From: a virus
Lineage: Duplodnaviria; Heunggongvirae; Uroviricota; Caudoviricetes
Direction: 5' to 3' (one strand)
Length of the DNA stretch: 64,000 nt
Virus record (IMG/VR): IMGVR_UViG_2703718869_000013
Location: 32,001 to 96,000 of that record
Every line of letters starts with the position of its first letter. Positions within the stretch are counted from its first letter, which is position 1. Shown one piece after another: positions 1 to 9,049 of this stretch. The notes beneath the pieces were generated by a model. The model had not been told where the DNA came from, ran no database searches, and was given only the letters and a program-made list of their open reading frames with translations. The translations under genes and the position numbers were made by a program.

Positions 1-747
1 AAGCATCAGCAATTTTACCCTGCAATAGGTGTTAGACGGGGTACAGGGAAAATTGAAATTTTGGATGGTTCCCGGCGTCGAGCTTCTGCCATCTTAGAGA
101 ACGTAGGGTTGCGGGTTTTAGTCACGGACCAGGAGATCAGCGTTCAGGAAGCGCAAAATTTAGCGAAAGACGTTCAGACAGCATTGCAGCACAGCATTCG
201 AGAAATAGGTCTGCGTTTGATGCGAATGAAAAATGATGGGATGAGTCAGAAGGATATTGCAGCCAAAGAAGGGCTGTCTCAGGCTAAGGTCACGCGTGCT
301 CTCCAGGCAGCGAGTGCTCCGGAAGAATTAGTCGCCCTTTTCCCTGTGCAGTCGGAATTAACCTTTTCGGACTACAAAACGCTTTGTGCTGTTGGCGACG
401 AAATGGGGAACAAGAATTTAGAGTTTGATCAGCTTATTCAAAACATATCCCCGGAAATAAACGACATCTTATCCATTGAAGAAATGGCCGAAGATGAAGT
501 TAAAAATAAAATCCTGCGCTTGATAACAAAGGAAGCCTCACTACTCACGGATAAAGGTTCTAAAGATAAGTCCGTAGTTACTGAATTATGGAAATTTGAG
601 GACAAGGATCGCTTTGCAAGGAAGCGCGTGAAAGGCCGTGCATTTTCTTATGAGTTTAATCGACTTTCAAAAGAGCTACAGGAAGAACTCGACAGGATGA
701 TTGGGCATATCCTTAGAAAGAGCCTCGATAAAAAGCCGAAGCCTTAA
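1..747 (+). CDS. parB: ParB partition protein, C-terminal part (5' end outside window)
   Basis: Open frame runs in from base 1; translation resembles the P1 ParB C-terminal region as recalled; immediately followed by a parS-like site. Confidence 0.85.
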   Translation, partial: KHQQFYPAIGVRRGTGKIEILDGSRRRASAILENVGLRVLVTDQEISVQEAQNLAKDVQTALQHSIREIGLRLMRMKNDGMSQKDIAAKEGLSQAKVTRALQAASAPEELVALFPVQSELTFSDYKTLCAVGDEMGNKNLEFDQLIQNISPEINDILSIEEMAEDEVKNKILRLITKEASLLTDKGSKDKSVVTELWKFEDKDRFARKRVKGRAFSYEFNRLSKELQEELDRMIGHILRKSLDKKPKP

Positions 748-750
748 ACT

Positions 751-838
751 TTCGCCATTCAAATTTCACTATTAACCTACTGTTTTTAAAGTAAATCCAT
801 CTAAAATTTCAAGGTGAAATCGCCACGATTTCACCTTG
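751..838. other. parS: parS-type plasmid partition site
   Basis: ATTTCAC/ATTTCAA heptamers and TCGCCA hexamers in both orientations around an AT-rich core, directly after the parB stop. Confidence 0.8.
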
Positions 839-894
839 GATTTTACCTTCCTCCCCTACTCCCGAAAAAATAAAAAAATTGCTTGTCACGAGAA

Positions 895-920
895 AGTCAA
901 CAAGTGACTTTCAATAAAAT
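895..920 (+). promoter_or_regulatory. Late-promoter-like motif (AGTCAACAAGTGACTTTCAATAAAAT) upstream of the head gene
   Basis: Same ACAAGTGA(C/T)TT..A(T)TA motif recurs upstream of lyz, the holin gene and the portal gene in this window. Confidence 0.4.
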
Positions 921-971
921 CTCTTCCGAAAAGGGATTCACACAAGTGCCTTGTGTTTAAGGAAGAGTAAA

Positions 972-2678
972 TTGAGTAACTTACGCGAATACCAGAATCG
1001 TATTGCAGATATCGCAAAACGCTCTAAAGCTGTGCTTGGCTGGGCAAGCACTGCGCAGTTCGGTACTGATAACCAATTCATTAAAGATGATGCCGCGCGT
1101 GCCGCATCTATCCTTGAAGCTGCACGTAAAGACCCGGTTTTTGCGGGTATCTCTGATAATGCCACCGCTCAAATCGCTACAGCGTGGGCAAGTGCACTGG
1201 CTGACTACGCCGCAGCACATAAATCTATGCCGCGTCCGGAAATTCTGGCCTCCTGCCACCAGACGCTGGAAAACTGCCTGATTGAGTCCACCCGCAATAG
1301 CATGGATGCCACTAATAAAGCGATGCTGGAATCCGTCGCAGCAGAGATGATGAGCGTTTCTGACGGTGTTATGCGTCTGCCTTTATTCCTCGCGATGATC
1401 CTGCCTGTTCAGTTGGGGGCAGCTACCGCTGATGCGTGTACCTTCATTCCGGTTACGCGTGACCAGTCCGACATCTATGAAGTCTTTAACGTGGCAGGTT
1501 CCTCTTTTGGTTCTTATGCTGCTGGTGATGTTCTGGACATGCAATCCGTTGGTGTGTACAGCCAGTTACGTCGCCGCTATGTGCTGGTGGCAAGCTCCGA
1601 TGGCACCAGCAAAACCGCAACCTTCAAGATGGAAGACTTCGAAGGCCAGAATGTACCAATCCGAAAAGGTCGCACTAACATCTACGTTAACCGTATTAAG
1701 TCTGTTGTTGATAACGGTTCCGGCAGCCTACTTCACTCGTTTACTAATGCTGCTGGTGAGCAAATCACTGTTACCTGCTCTCTGAACTACAACATTGGTC
1801 AGATTGCCCTGTCGTTCTCCAAAGCGCCGGATAAAGGCACTGAGATCGCAATTGAGACGGAAATCAATATTGAAGCCGCACCTGAGCTGATCCCGCTGAT
1901 CAACCACGAAATGAAGAAATACACCCTGTTCCCAAGTCAGTTCGTTATCGCGGCTGAGCACACGGTACAGGCGGCGTATGAAGCACAGCGTGAATTTGGT
2001 CTGGACCTGGGTTCCCTACAGTTCCGCACCCTGAAGGAATACCTGTCTCATGAACAGGATATGCTGCGTCTTCGCATCATGATCTGGCGTACTCTTGCGA
2101 CCGACACCTTTGACATCGCTCTGCCGGTTAACCAGTCCTTTAATGTATGGGCAACCATCATTCGTGGCAAATTCCAGACTGTATATCGCGACATTATTGA
2201 GCGCGTTAAATCTTCTGGTGCGATGGGGATGTTTGCTGGTGCTGATGCAGCATCTTTCTTCAAACAGTTGCCGAAGGATTTCTTCCAGCCAGCCGAAGAC
2301 TATATCCAGACTCCGTATGTTCACTACATCGGTACCCTGTTCGGTAACGTGAAAGTGTACGAAGTACCTGCTGGTATTTGTAAGAACTTAACGACAGAGA
2401 ACATTCAGTTCAGCTCGATGGATGTGCTGTGCTACGTCCGTGATGAAAATCCGGGTAAAGCAGGCTTCGTGACTGGTGATGCTGTCCCGGCTATCCCGTT
2501 CCAGCATCCGACCACTCCGGCGCTGGTCAACCGTACCACACTGTGGGGTTCGGCTATCAACGATATGCACCCACGCAACGGCGCTGATTACTTCACTCGT
2601 GTAACGCTGACAATGGCCAAAAAAGGCGGGCTTAACTTCATAAGCGGCGACACGATTGATGCCGGTGACTCTGAGTAA
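972..2678 (+). CDS. Virion structural protein, probably major head protein (P1 gene 23 position)
   Basis: Long ORF right after parS as in P1; TTG at 972 has an AGGAAG Shine-Dalgarno (the track's upstream TTG at 951 does not); function assigned by position and size only. Confidence 0.5.
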   Translation: MSNLREYQNRIADIAKRSKAVLGWASTAQFGTDNQFIKDDAARAASILEAARKDPVFAGISDNATAQIATAWASALADYAAAHKSMPRPEILASCHQTLENCLIESTRNSMDATNKAMLESVAAEMMSVSDGVMRLPLFLAMILPVQLGAATADACTFIPVTRDQSDIYEVFNVAGSSFGSYAAGDVLDMQSVGVYSQLRRRYVLVASSDGTSKTATFKMEDFEGQNVPIRKGRTNIYVNRIKSVVDNGSGSLLHSFTNAAGEQITVTCSLNYNIGQIALSFSKAPDKGTEIAIETEINIEAAPELIPLINHEMKKYTLFPSQFVIAAEHTVQAAYEAQREFGLDLGSLQFRTLKEYLSHEQDMLRLRIMIWRTLATDTFDIALPVNQSFNVWATIIRGKFQTVYRDIIERVKSSGAMGMFAGADAASFFKQLPKDFFQPAEDYIQTPYVHYIGTLFGNVKVYEVPAGICKNLTTENIQFSSMDVLCYVRDENPGKAGFVTGDAVPAIPFQHPTTPALVNRTTLWGSAINDMHPRNGADYFTRVTLTMAKKGGLNFISGDTIDAGDSE

Positions 2679-2738
2679 TCAGGGGAAGTTCTCCGTTTAA
2701 CATAGCGCCCCCGTGCGGGGCGCATAACAGGGAAAGTT

Positions 2739-4328
2739 ATGTCTCAATATTCAATTCAACAGTCATTAGGTAATGCATCCGGCGTCGCGGTTAGCCCGAT
2801 CAATGCCGATGCGACGTTATCTACCGGTGTTGCATTAAATAGCAGCTTGTGGGCTGGTATTGGCGTATTTGCGCGTGGCAAGCCGTTTACTGTTCTTGCG
2901 GTTACTGAGTCCAATTACAAAGATGTTCTCGGCGAACCGCTGAAGCCGTCTTCCGGCTCACAGTTCGAACCAATTCGCCATGTATACGAAGCTATTCAGC
3001 AAACGTCAGGTTATGTTGTTCGTGCTGTTCCGGATGATGCGAAGTTCCCGATTATTATGTTCGATGAATCAGGCGAACCGGCTTACAGTGCGTTGCCATA
3101 CGGTTCTGAAATTGAACTTGATAGTGGCGAAGCCTTTGCTATCTACGTTGATGATGGTGATCCGTGTATTTCACCTACCCGTGAGTTAACCATCGAAACG
3201 GCAACAGCGGACAGCGCGGGTAATGAACGCTTCCTCTTAAAACTGACCCAGACGACTTCGCTCGGCGTGGTAACGACCCTGGAGACACACACTGTGTCTT
3301 TGGCGGAAGAAGCGAAAGATGACATGGGCCGCTTGTGTTATCTGCCTACGGCTCTGGAAGCCCGTTCTAAATATCTGCGCGCGGTTGTTAATGAAGAGCT
3401 GATTTCGACGGCGAAAGTAACAAATAAAAAATCGCTGGCGTTCACTGGTGGTACCAACGGTGATCAGTCGAAAATCTCAACCGCTGCGTACCTGCGTGCG
3501 GTTAAGGTGCTGAACAATGCGCCGTACATGTACACCGCTGTTCTCGGCCTGGGTTGCTATGACAATGCGGCGATCACCGCGTTAGGTAATATCTGTTCTG
3601 ATCGCCTGATTGATGGCTTCTTTGATGTCAAACCGACATTGACGTATACGGAAGCGCTCTCTGCTGTTGAAGATACCGGTTTACTTGGTACCGATTATGT
3701 AAGCTGTGCTGTCTATCACTACCCGTTCTCCTGCAAAGACAAATGGACCCAATCCCGTGTGGTCTTTGGTCTGTCTGGCGTGGCGTATGCGGCGAAAGCT
3801 CGTGGCGTCAAGAAAAACTCTGATGTCGGCGGTTGGCATTACTCACCGGCTGGTGAAGAACGTGCCGTCATTGCTCGTGCGTCAATTCAACCGCTGTATC
3901 CGGAAGATACCCCGGACGAAGAAGCAATGGTCAAGGGCCGTCTCAATAAAGTATCTGTTGGCACCTCTGGCCAGATGATCATCGACGATGCTTTAACTTG
4001 CTGCACGCAGGATAACTATCTGCACTTCCAGCACGTCCCATCCCTGATGAATGCAATCAGCCGTTTCTTTGTCCAGTTAGCCCGACAGATGAAGCATAGC
4101 CCGGACGGTATTACTGCGGCTGGCCTGACTAAAGGGATGACCAAACTTTTAGATCGCTTTGTCGCCTCCGGCGCTCTGGTGGCTCCTCGTGATCCTGATG
4201 CTGACGGTACAGAACCGTATGTGCTGAAAGTTACGCAGGCGGAATTCGATAAATGGGAAGTAGTCTGGGCCTGCTGCCCGACTGGCGTAGCCCGTCGTAT
4301 CCAGGGCGTACCGCTGCTTATTAAGTAA
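2739..4328 (+). CDS. Putative tail sheath protein (P1 gene 22 position)
   Basis: 529-aa ORF following the head gene; assigned by synteny and size. Confidence 0.45.
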   Translation: MSQYSIQQSLGNASGVAVSPINADATLSTGVALNSSLWAGIGVFARGKPFTVLAVTESNYKDVLGEPLKPSSGSQFEPIRHVYEAIQQTSGYVVRAVPDDAKFPIIMFDESGEPAYSALPYGSEIELDSGEAFAIYVDDGDPCISPTRELTIETATADSAGNERFLLKLTQTTSLGVVTTLETHTVSLAEEAKDDMGRLCYLPTALEARSKYLRAVVNEELISTAKVTNKKSLAFTGGTNGDQSKISTAAYLRAVKVLNNAPYMYTAVLGLGCYDNAAITALGNICSDRLIDGFFDVKPTLTYTEALSAVEDTGLLGTDYVSCAVYHYPFSCKDKWTQSRVVFGLSGVAYAAKARGVKKNSDVGGWHYSPAGEERAVIARASIQPLYPEDTPDEEAMVKGRLNKVSVGTSGQMIIDDALTCCTQDNYLHFQHVPSLMNAISRFFVQLARQMKHSPDGITAAGLTKGMTKLLDRFVASGALVAPRDPDADGTEPYVLKVTQAEFDKWEVVWACCPTGVARRIQGVPLLIK

Positions 4329-4337
4329 GGGAATACA

Positions 4338-5153
4338 ATGAGCAAAAACTTTTTTCAATCCGGGGCATTTTTGGGGAATGGACTGTCTCGTTTCGCTTTG
4401 AACTCTGATCCTGTGCAGCTGATGGAGTCCGCCCGAGCAAGCGCCGAACAGCCAACAGATCCGGTTATTAATAATAATCCGGAACCGGCGGCACAGACTA
4501 ACGATAACGTTCCATCTGATCCGGCTCCTGAGCAAATCCTGGAAGGGAAAGACGGTAAAGAATGGACCGTCGAACAGGCGCACCAGATGATTCTGGAAGC
4601 TGCAAATAGAAGTGCTATGCAGAATGCGTTGAGTGATGCGGCCGACGCCGTTTTCGCCTGGGCTGATAGCGGTGATCTGACTTTCGACTCCCTTGATGGT
4701 TTCGTTCAGGCTATCGCTGGTATCTCTGATGACGACGACTCCGAAGTTACAGAAGAACAGGACGATGCCTATAACGAAGCATGGGCAAATGTTGCTGACT
4801 TCCTCGCAGCATGCGGTGTAGATGATGACCTGATCGAAGCACTGGCTGACGATGAAGACGACGACGCAGCTGCTGATGTTGGTGCCTCTATCGCTGGTTT
4901 AGATAGCGACGACCGCGACGAACTGGAAGCGGCGTTTGTTGTTGCTGGCACTTCTGATGAAATGCTGACTGAAGCATTTAAGAAGGTTGTTCGTAATGGT
5001 GAGATCAAACTCATCCGTAAACGCCTGCGTAAAAAACGTCTGACTGCGGCTCAAAAATCGGCGCTGAAAAAAGCACGCCGTAAAGCCCAGACCGGCGCGG
5101 CAAAACTGGCCCGCAAAAAGTCAATGAAACTGCGCCGTAAGCGCCTTGGCTAA
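4338..5153 (+). CDS. Hypothetical virion-associated protein, acidic body with strongly basic K/R-rich C-terminal tail
   Basis: ORF with biased composition (D/E-rich middle, KRLRKKR-type tail); followed by hairpin terminator. Confidence 0.55.
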   Translation: MSKNFFQSGAFLGNGLSRFALNSDPVQLMESARASAEQPTDPVINNNPEPAAQTNDNVPSDPAPEQILEGKDGKEWTVEQAHQMILEAANRSAMQNALSDAADAVFAWADSGDLTFDSLDGFVQAIAGISDDDDSEVTEEQDDAYNEAWANVADFLAACGVDDDLIEALADDEDDDAAADVGASIAGLDSDDRDELEAAFVVAGTSDEMLTEAFKKVVRNGEIKLIRKRLRKKRLTAAQKSALKKARRKAQTGAAKLARKKSMKLRRKRLG

Positions 5154-5158
5154 AGGAG

Positions 5159-5182
5159 GAGGCCGGAGAACTCCGGCCTTTA
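5159..5182 (+). terminator. Hairpin GGCCGGAG-aa-CTCCGGCC followed by TTT
   Basis: Perfect 8-bp stem directly after stop at 5153. Confidence 0.5.
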
Positions 5183-5188
5183 ACTTGA

Positions 5189-5770
5189 ATGGCACCTATA
5201 CCTTATGGGGTTTACAGCCAGGCTGACGGTGTATCACCATTTCTGAAAGTTACTTTAACGAACTCTCAGTACCAGGTTACCGGATATATCAGCCAGGGAG
5301 CGGCAATGAACATGGCCCAGAATTGGGAAGCGCCGTTTACCGGTATGTCCATGGGATCTGTTTCTGGTGCTCTGGGTGGTTTTGTGCAAGTAGGTACTGA
5401 AACAACGTCGGTTGCCCGTTGGAATAGCTTAATGGTTTGGGAAGGGGGGACTCCGCCGACGTTCACGCTGCCTGTAACTTTCATTGCTTTGAACAATCCA
5501 TTCATTGAAGTTTCAGGCGCTATCGCCGCGTTGACAGCCATGATTAGCCCGGAACTAAAAGCGGCCAATGTTGGTGGTCGAATCCCGGAGCGCGTGACGC
5601 TAAACATTGGTCGCCGGATCAACATCACCGATGTCGCCATCCAGGACTTAAGTTTTGATCTCGATGCGCCAAGGGATAGTAATGGATATTTCCTGAAAAA
5701 CACCGTCAACCTCCAGTTGACCGGTTCTTCGATATATAACAGCTCCGATATTGTTCGGGCGTTCCAGTAA
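5189..5770 (+). CDS. Hypothetical structural-block protein
   Basis: 193-aa ORF in same orientation as flanking late genes; overlapping minus-strand ORF judged spurious. Confidence 0.55.
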   Translation: MAPIPYGVYSQADGVSPFLKVTLTNSQYQVTGYISQGAAMNMAQNWEAPFTGMSMGSVSGALGGFVQVGTETTSVARWNSLMVWEGGTPPTFTLPVTFIALNNPFIEVSGAIAALTAMISPELKAANVGGRIPERVTLNIGRRINITDVAIQDLSFDLDAPRDSNGYFLKNTVNLQLTGSSIYNSSDIVRAFQ

Positions 5771-5781
5771 AAGGATTTTAT

Positions 5782-6291
5782 ATGGGACACAATAACACTA
5801 AGGGAAACCGTAAATTTATTAAGGGCCGCTATACTGCCAACGCGGCCAAAGGCGAACGACTGGTATCTTCTGAATTCCAGCTCACTTTTGCAGGCCGTGA
5901 AGATATCAGCGTACTGGTTCGTACGTCGCAAATTCCTGAAATGACCCGCGAGGATGTGGAGGACTATGGTCCGAATGGTGTGAAGTTCAACCAGCACGGA
6001 CCAATTCGAAACTCTGGGGAAATCCAGGTCCAGTGCGTGGAGACTATCGAAGGCGATATTCTTCAGTTCATCAAGGATCGCATTGCGGCGAAGGACTATG
6101 TTGATATCACGATGGCTGCTACCCCTGAATCCAAATCTTCCGGGGTTAACGCTGTGACAAAAGCTGCTACAACAATTGAAATGTTGGACTGCAAAATCTA
6201 CAGTGATGCAATCGACTTTAGTACCGAAGATGTGACTGCCGCTGTGCGCCCGTCACTTCGTATCGTTTACAACTGGATTGAGTGGGATTAA
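5782..6291 (+). CDS. Hypothetical structural protein (baseplate or tube-like, by position)
   Basis: 169-aa ORF, tight spacing to previous gene, terminator downstream. Confidence 0.55.
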   Translation: MGHNNTKGNRKFIKGRYTANAAKGERLVSSEFQLTFAGREDISVLVRTSQIPEMTREDVEDYGPNGVKFNQHGPIRNSGEIQVQCVETIEGDILQFIKDRIAAKDYVDITMAATPESKSSGVNAVTKAATTIEMLDCKIYSDAIDFSTEDVTAAVRPSLRIVYNWIEWD

Positions 6292-6310
6292 GAGTCACCC
6301 CTTGTATTTT

Positions 6311-6334
6311 AAAGCTCCTACGGGAGCTTTTTTG
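6311..6334 (+). terminator. Rho-independent terminator (AAAGCTCC-tac-GGGAGCTTTTTT)
   Basis: GC stem plus T-run after stop at 6291. Confidence 0.7.
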
Positions 6335-6374
6335 TGCTTAAATTATGCCGGTATAGCGAAATTTTGAGCATATT

Positions 6375-6671
6375 ATGGAAATTGATTTTTCATACTCTCC
6401 TGAAACGATAGAACGAAGATTCGAAATAATTGGATGCAAAACTATTTCAGAGGAGCATTATTGGATTCTCTATGATGCCAATACATGGTTATGTGCCTTA
6501 GCAGAATGTCGGCCATCGTTATGTGCAGGGGAGGGAGGACTTCGACATAAGGTGCTGGCTACACTTGAAGTGAACACGTTACGATATTGGTGTGTCGAAA
6601 TACTTAGGGATAACAAAGAATTACATTTATTATTGCTGAATAAGTGTGCGCCTCTGCGCAGGAAAGCATAA
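6375..6671 (+). CDS. Hypothetical small protein
   Basis: 98-aa ORF in AT-rich segment, no clear Shine-Dalgarno; strong hairpin plus T-run downstream. Confidence 0.4.
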   Translation: MEIDFSYSPETIERRFEIIGCKTISEEHYWILYDANTWLCALAECRPSLCAGEGGLRHKVLATLEVNTLRYWCVEILRDNKELHLLLLNKCAPLRRKA

Positions 6672-6797
6672 GAAAACCCAACCGCCATACTGGAATTATC
6701 AGAAGAATATGTGCGGAAAGTTATAGCTAGCTATTGAAAAGCTAAAGTAGATCGGTTAGATTTACTTTACTCATCTACCATGCGTAGAAAGAGCGAT

Positions 6798-6838
6798 CGA
6801 ACCCGATACATAGCAATATGTGTCGGGTTCAGCTTTTT
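6798..6838 (+). terminator. Long imperfect hairpin followed by TTTTTT
   Basis: GAACCCGA..TCGGGTTC stem with inner ACATA/TATGT pairing then T6. Confidence 0.55.
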
Positions 6839-7317
6839 TATGTCCCAAGTGCTCTTTTTCTGCTTTGTTTGAGTGTTCTGATTTTACTGTCATAGGTTAC
6901 AACATAGGCTGTTTTGAGAAGCCAATAGTCTCTACGTGCGGATAGCACAACAACGTAGTTTTCACACTCGTTCCAGATTACCCACTCTTCAGTTGGTCCT
7001 CGTCTTTCAGACCAACATGATATATCGCAATGGTCATAATTCCTTATCATATGCGCGATCCAGCGGATCCGCTTACACCGTTCAAGATCTGGTATTCGTT
7101 CTTCTTCTATTTTTCCCTCTGATACTAAATGCCAAAATCCGAACTCTTTCCCATCATATTCCGGTGAATAACGTAATCGAACAGGGAGACCCTTAAACGT
7201 TATATTAGAGATTAAAATATCTTCTCTAACAACATCATATACATCGTCTATATACTCTTGCCAACTTCCATTGAAGTACAATAAATCTGGCATTTGAAGC
7301 ATCAGCGAGCCTCCCAC
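6838..7317 (-). CDS. Hypothetical protein, second gene of a two-gene operon next to the lytic replicon
   Basis: 159-aa ORF overlapping the upstream gene by 16 bp (7302-7317); no recognisable motifs. Confidence 0.55.
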   Translation of the reverse strand: MGGSLMLQMPDLLYFNGSWQEYIDDVYDVVREDILISNITFKGLPVRLRYSPEYDGKEFGFWHLVSEGKIEEERIPDLERCKRIRWIAHMIRNYDHCDISCWSERRGPTEEWVIWNECENYVVVLSARRDYWLLKTAYVVTYDSKIRTLKQSRKRALGT

Positions 7318-8006
7318 ACGAAAATATTAAATTTACTTTCTGTTGGAAGAGTGCTTTTTAGTAACTCCCTGTTTGTATGTGATTTTATCCTGTTTATGAC
7401 TTGGATTTTTCCCGCGTTGCTATTCATTCCTCGATGAACGTAGCCTAACGCACCAATGAAAAGATCCGTTAGCTGCAATTGTTGCACTTCATGAGATCGT
7501 ATATGTTGAATTCTGTTTATCGACTCATGATTGTAATCATAGCGATCATTGTGAAGAACTCCTCTTAATTTCTCAATTTTTTCAATACCTAAAGTATCTT
7601 TTATATCTAGGTAGATATTGTATGTGTTGTTACTTTCTATTATGTTTTTTAAGACATAAAAAAACATCTTATAATAGAAAGTATTATGATCTTGATGGAA
7701 TCGAGCATGGTCCAGTTGCTCTTTATCAGGAACAACAACACCTCTAAAGCGCAATGCTGGGTTGCTGAAGAAGTAATCTACGACCTCTAAGTAAAATTCA
7801 ACTTTGGACGCAGATACTTTAGTCCACTTGATTTCGAAATCAGGTTTTAAATTGTGTTTTAATTTTAATCCCTTGATGTCTCTAGCAATTTTTTTTGTGA
7901 TAGTGCCAGGACACCAAAGCGCACCCAATACCATGACTTTATTATGATCATTTAGTAGGTGACAGGATTCATCGCAGAATACATTAAATGTTCTTCGGTT
8001 CAACAT
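7302..8006 (-). CDS. Hypothetical protein with DUF3800-like features
   Basis: N-terminal FCDES motif and C-terminal QLQLTDLFIGAL motif resemble the DUF3800 signatures as I recall them; AT-rich codon usage. Confidence 0.45.
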   Translation of the reverse strand: MLNRRTFNVFCDESCHLLNDHNKVMVLGALWCPGTITKKIARDIKGLKLKHNLKPDFEIKWTKVSASKVEFYLEVVDYFFSNPALRFRGVVVPDKEQLDHARFHQDHNTFYYKMFFYVLKNIIESNNTYNIYLDIKDTLGIEKIEKLRGVLHNDRYDYNHESINRIQHIRSHEVQQLQLTDLFIGALGYVHRGMNSNAGKIQVINRIKSHTNRELLKSTLPTESKFNIFVWEAR

Positions 8007-8174
8007 GTTAACTCCACTTATTGTTAGGTAGAATTGTCCGTTAGTTGTTTATTAATTGCAATAATTGGACGTTCTGATTTGCTAACTACGTCATCTTACC
8101 AGGACGCCTATGAGTTTTCCTCATGGCAAACTAGAGGTGTTGAAAGTATGCATGGTTATAATTAGAGCAATCTA

Positions 8175-9020
8175 TCACCCTCTGAATCCTACCGGTATAC
8201 CCCATTGTTCGTTATCTTTATTTTTGGCTAATACCGCATTAAGAGCTTCGTTTACCGTCATGCAATGCGGTAGATTATCGAAGTTTGATATCCAGCCAAT
8301 ATCAGGAGAACGCTTGTTCTTCAGGTAAGCATATTTCCGCGCTGCCGCCTCTACTTTCTGCTTGAACTCATGTTTTTGAGCGCGTTTTTTGGATAACCGC
8401 AGATTGTCAGCCTTTGCTTTTGCTTCAGCGATCCATGAAGTCAATTTTTTGAGTCTGGTCGTTCCGGCACCGCCGGAAACTGATCTTTTTGTTTTTTTAA
8501 CTTGTGACTTCTTATTCTTTATTGCCACGTCATCCTGACAGGGGGAGGGGGTATCATTTTGACATGGGGGTGTGGATAAAAAATTAAATAAAGCCAATGT
8601 CTTAGCGAGAACAGCTTTAACCTTGGTTGCCGCTGAAGAGATCTTTAATTTGCTTTCAATCAGCGCATTTTTGGCTTGTTGTGCGAAGGCCAAAAAGGAT
8701 GGTGTAAACCGGTACAGGTTAGCGCGACGTTCACGGTGATCGCCGATAACAATCTCTACAGACAGAATTCCTTTGTTTACAGCTTCACGGAATGCACGAA
8801 CGACGGTTGATTGGCTATAACCAGTTTCTGCCGCGATCAGGCGGTGAGGCTTGTGAATGAAGTATTCACTGGTTGTTGCCGCTAGATTTGCACATTGCGA
8901 CAGGATATGCCCGGCGCTACGAGATAGACCGGAGTGTGTTACAAAGCAGGCCAATTCATAGCCAGAAAAAGTAAAATCGCTCATCGTTATACAGCTCAGG
9001 AAAGTGACTTTAGCCAGCAT
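8175..9020 (-). CDS. repL: Lytic replication protein RepL-like
   Basis: 281-aa ORF immediately downstream of kilA-like gene, same strand; size and position match the P1 kilA-repL lytic replicon. Confidence 0.6.
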   Translation of the reverse strand: MLAKVTFLSCITMSDFTFSGYELACFVTHSGLSRSAGHILSQCANLAATTSEYFIHKPHRLIAAETGYSQSTVVRAFREAVNKGILSVEIVIGDHRERRANLYRFTPSFLAFAQQAKNALIESKLKISSAATKVKAVLAKTLALFNFLSTPPCQNDTPSPCQDDVAIKNKKSQVKKTKRSVSGGAGTTRLKKLTSWIAEAKAKADNLRLSKKRAQKHEFKQKVEAAARKYAYLKNKRSPDIGWISNFDNLPHCMTVNEALNAVLAKNKDNEQWGIPVGFRG

Positions 9021-9049
9021 TACAATGCTGGTGGTTCTTACTACGTCTG

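Noticed and set aside
938-2570. Multiple 60-117 aa ORFs on both strands inside the head gene (938-1165, 981-1259, 1003-1281, 1432-1785, 1728-1961, 2016-2324 and others)
   Set aside because: Fully embedded in a long, well-supported ORF and lacking start signals; treated as frame shadows.
5266-5997. 243-aa minus-strand ORF overlapping two plus-strand structural genes
   Set aside because: Opposite to the operon direction and spans two co-oriented genes with their own start signals.
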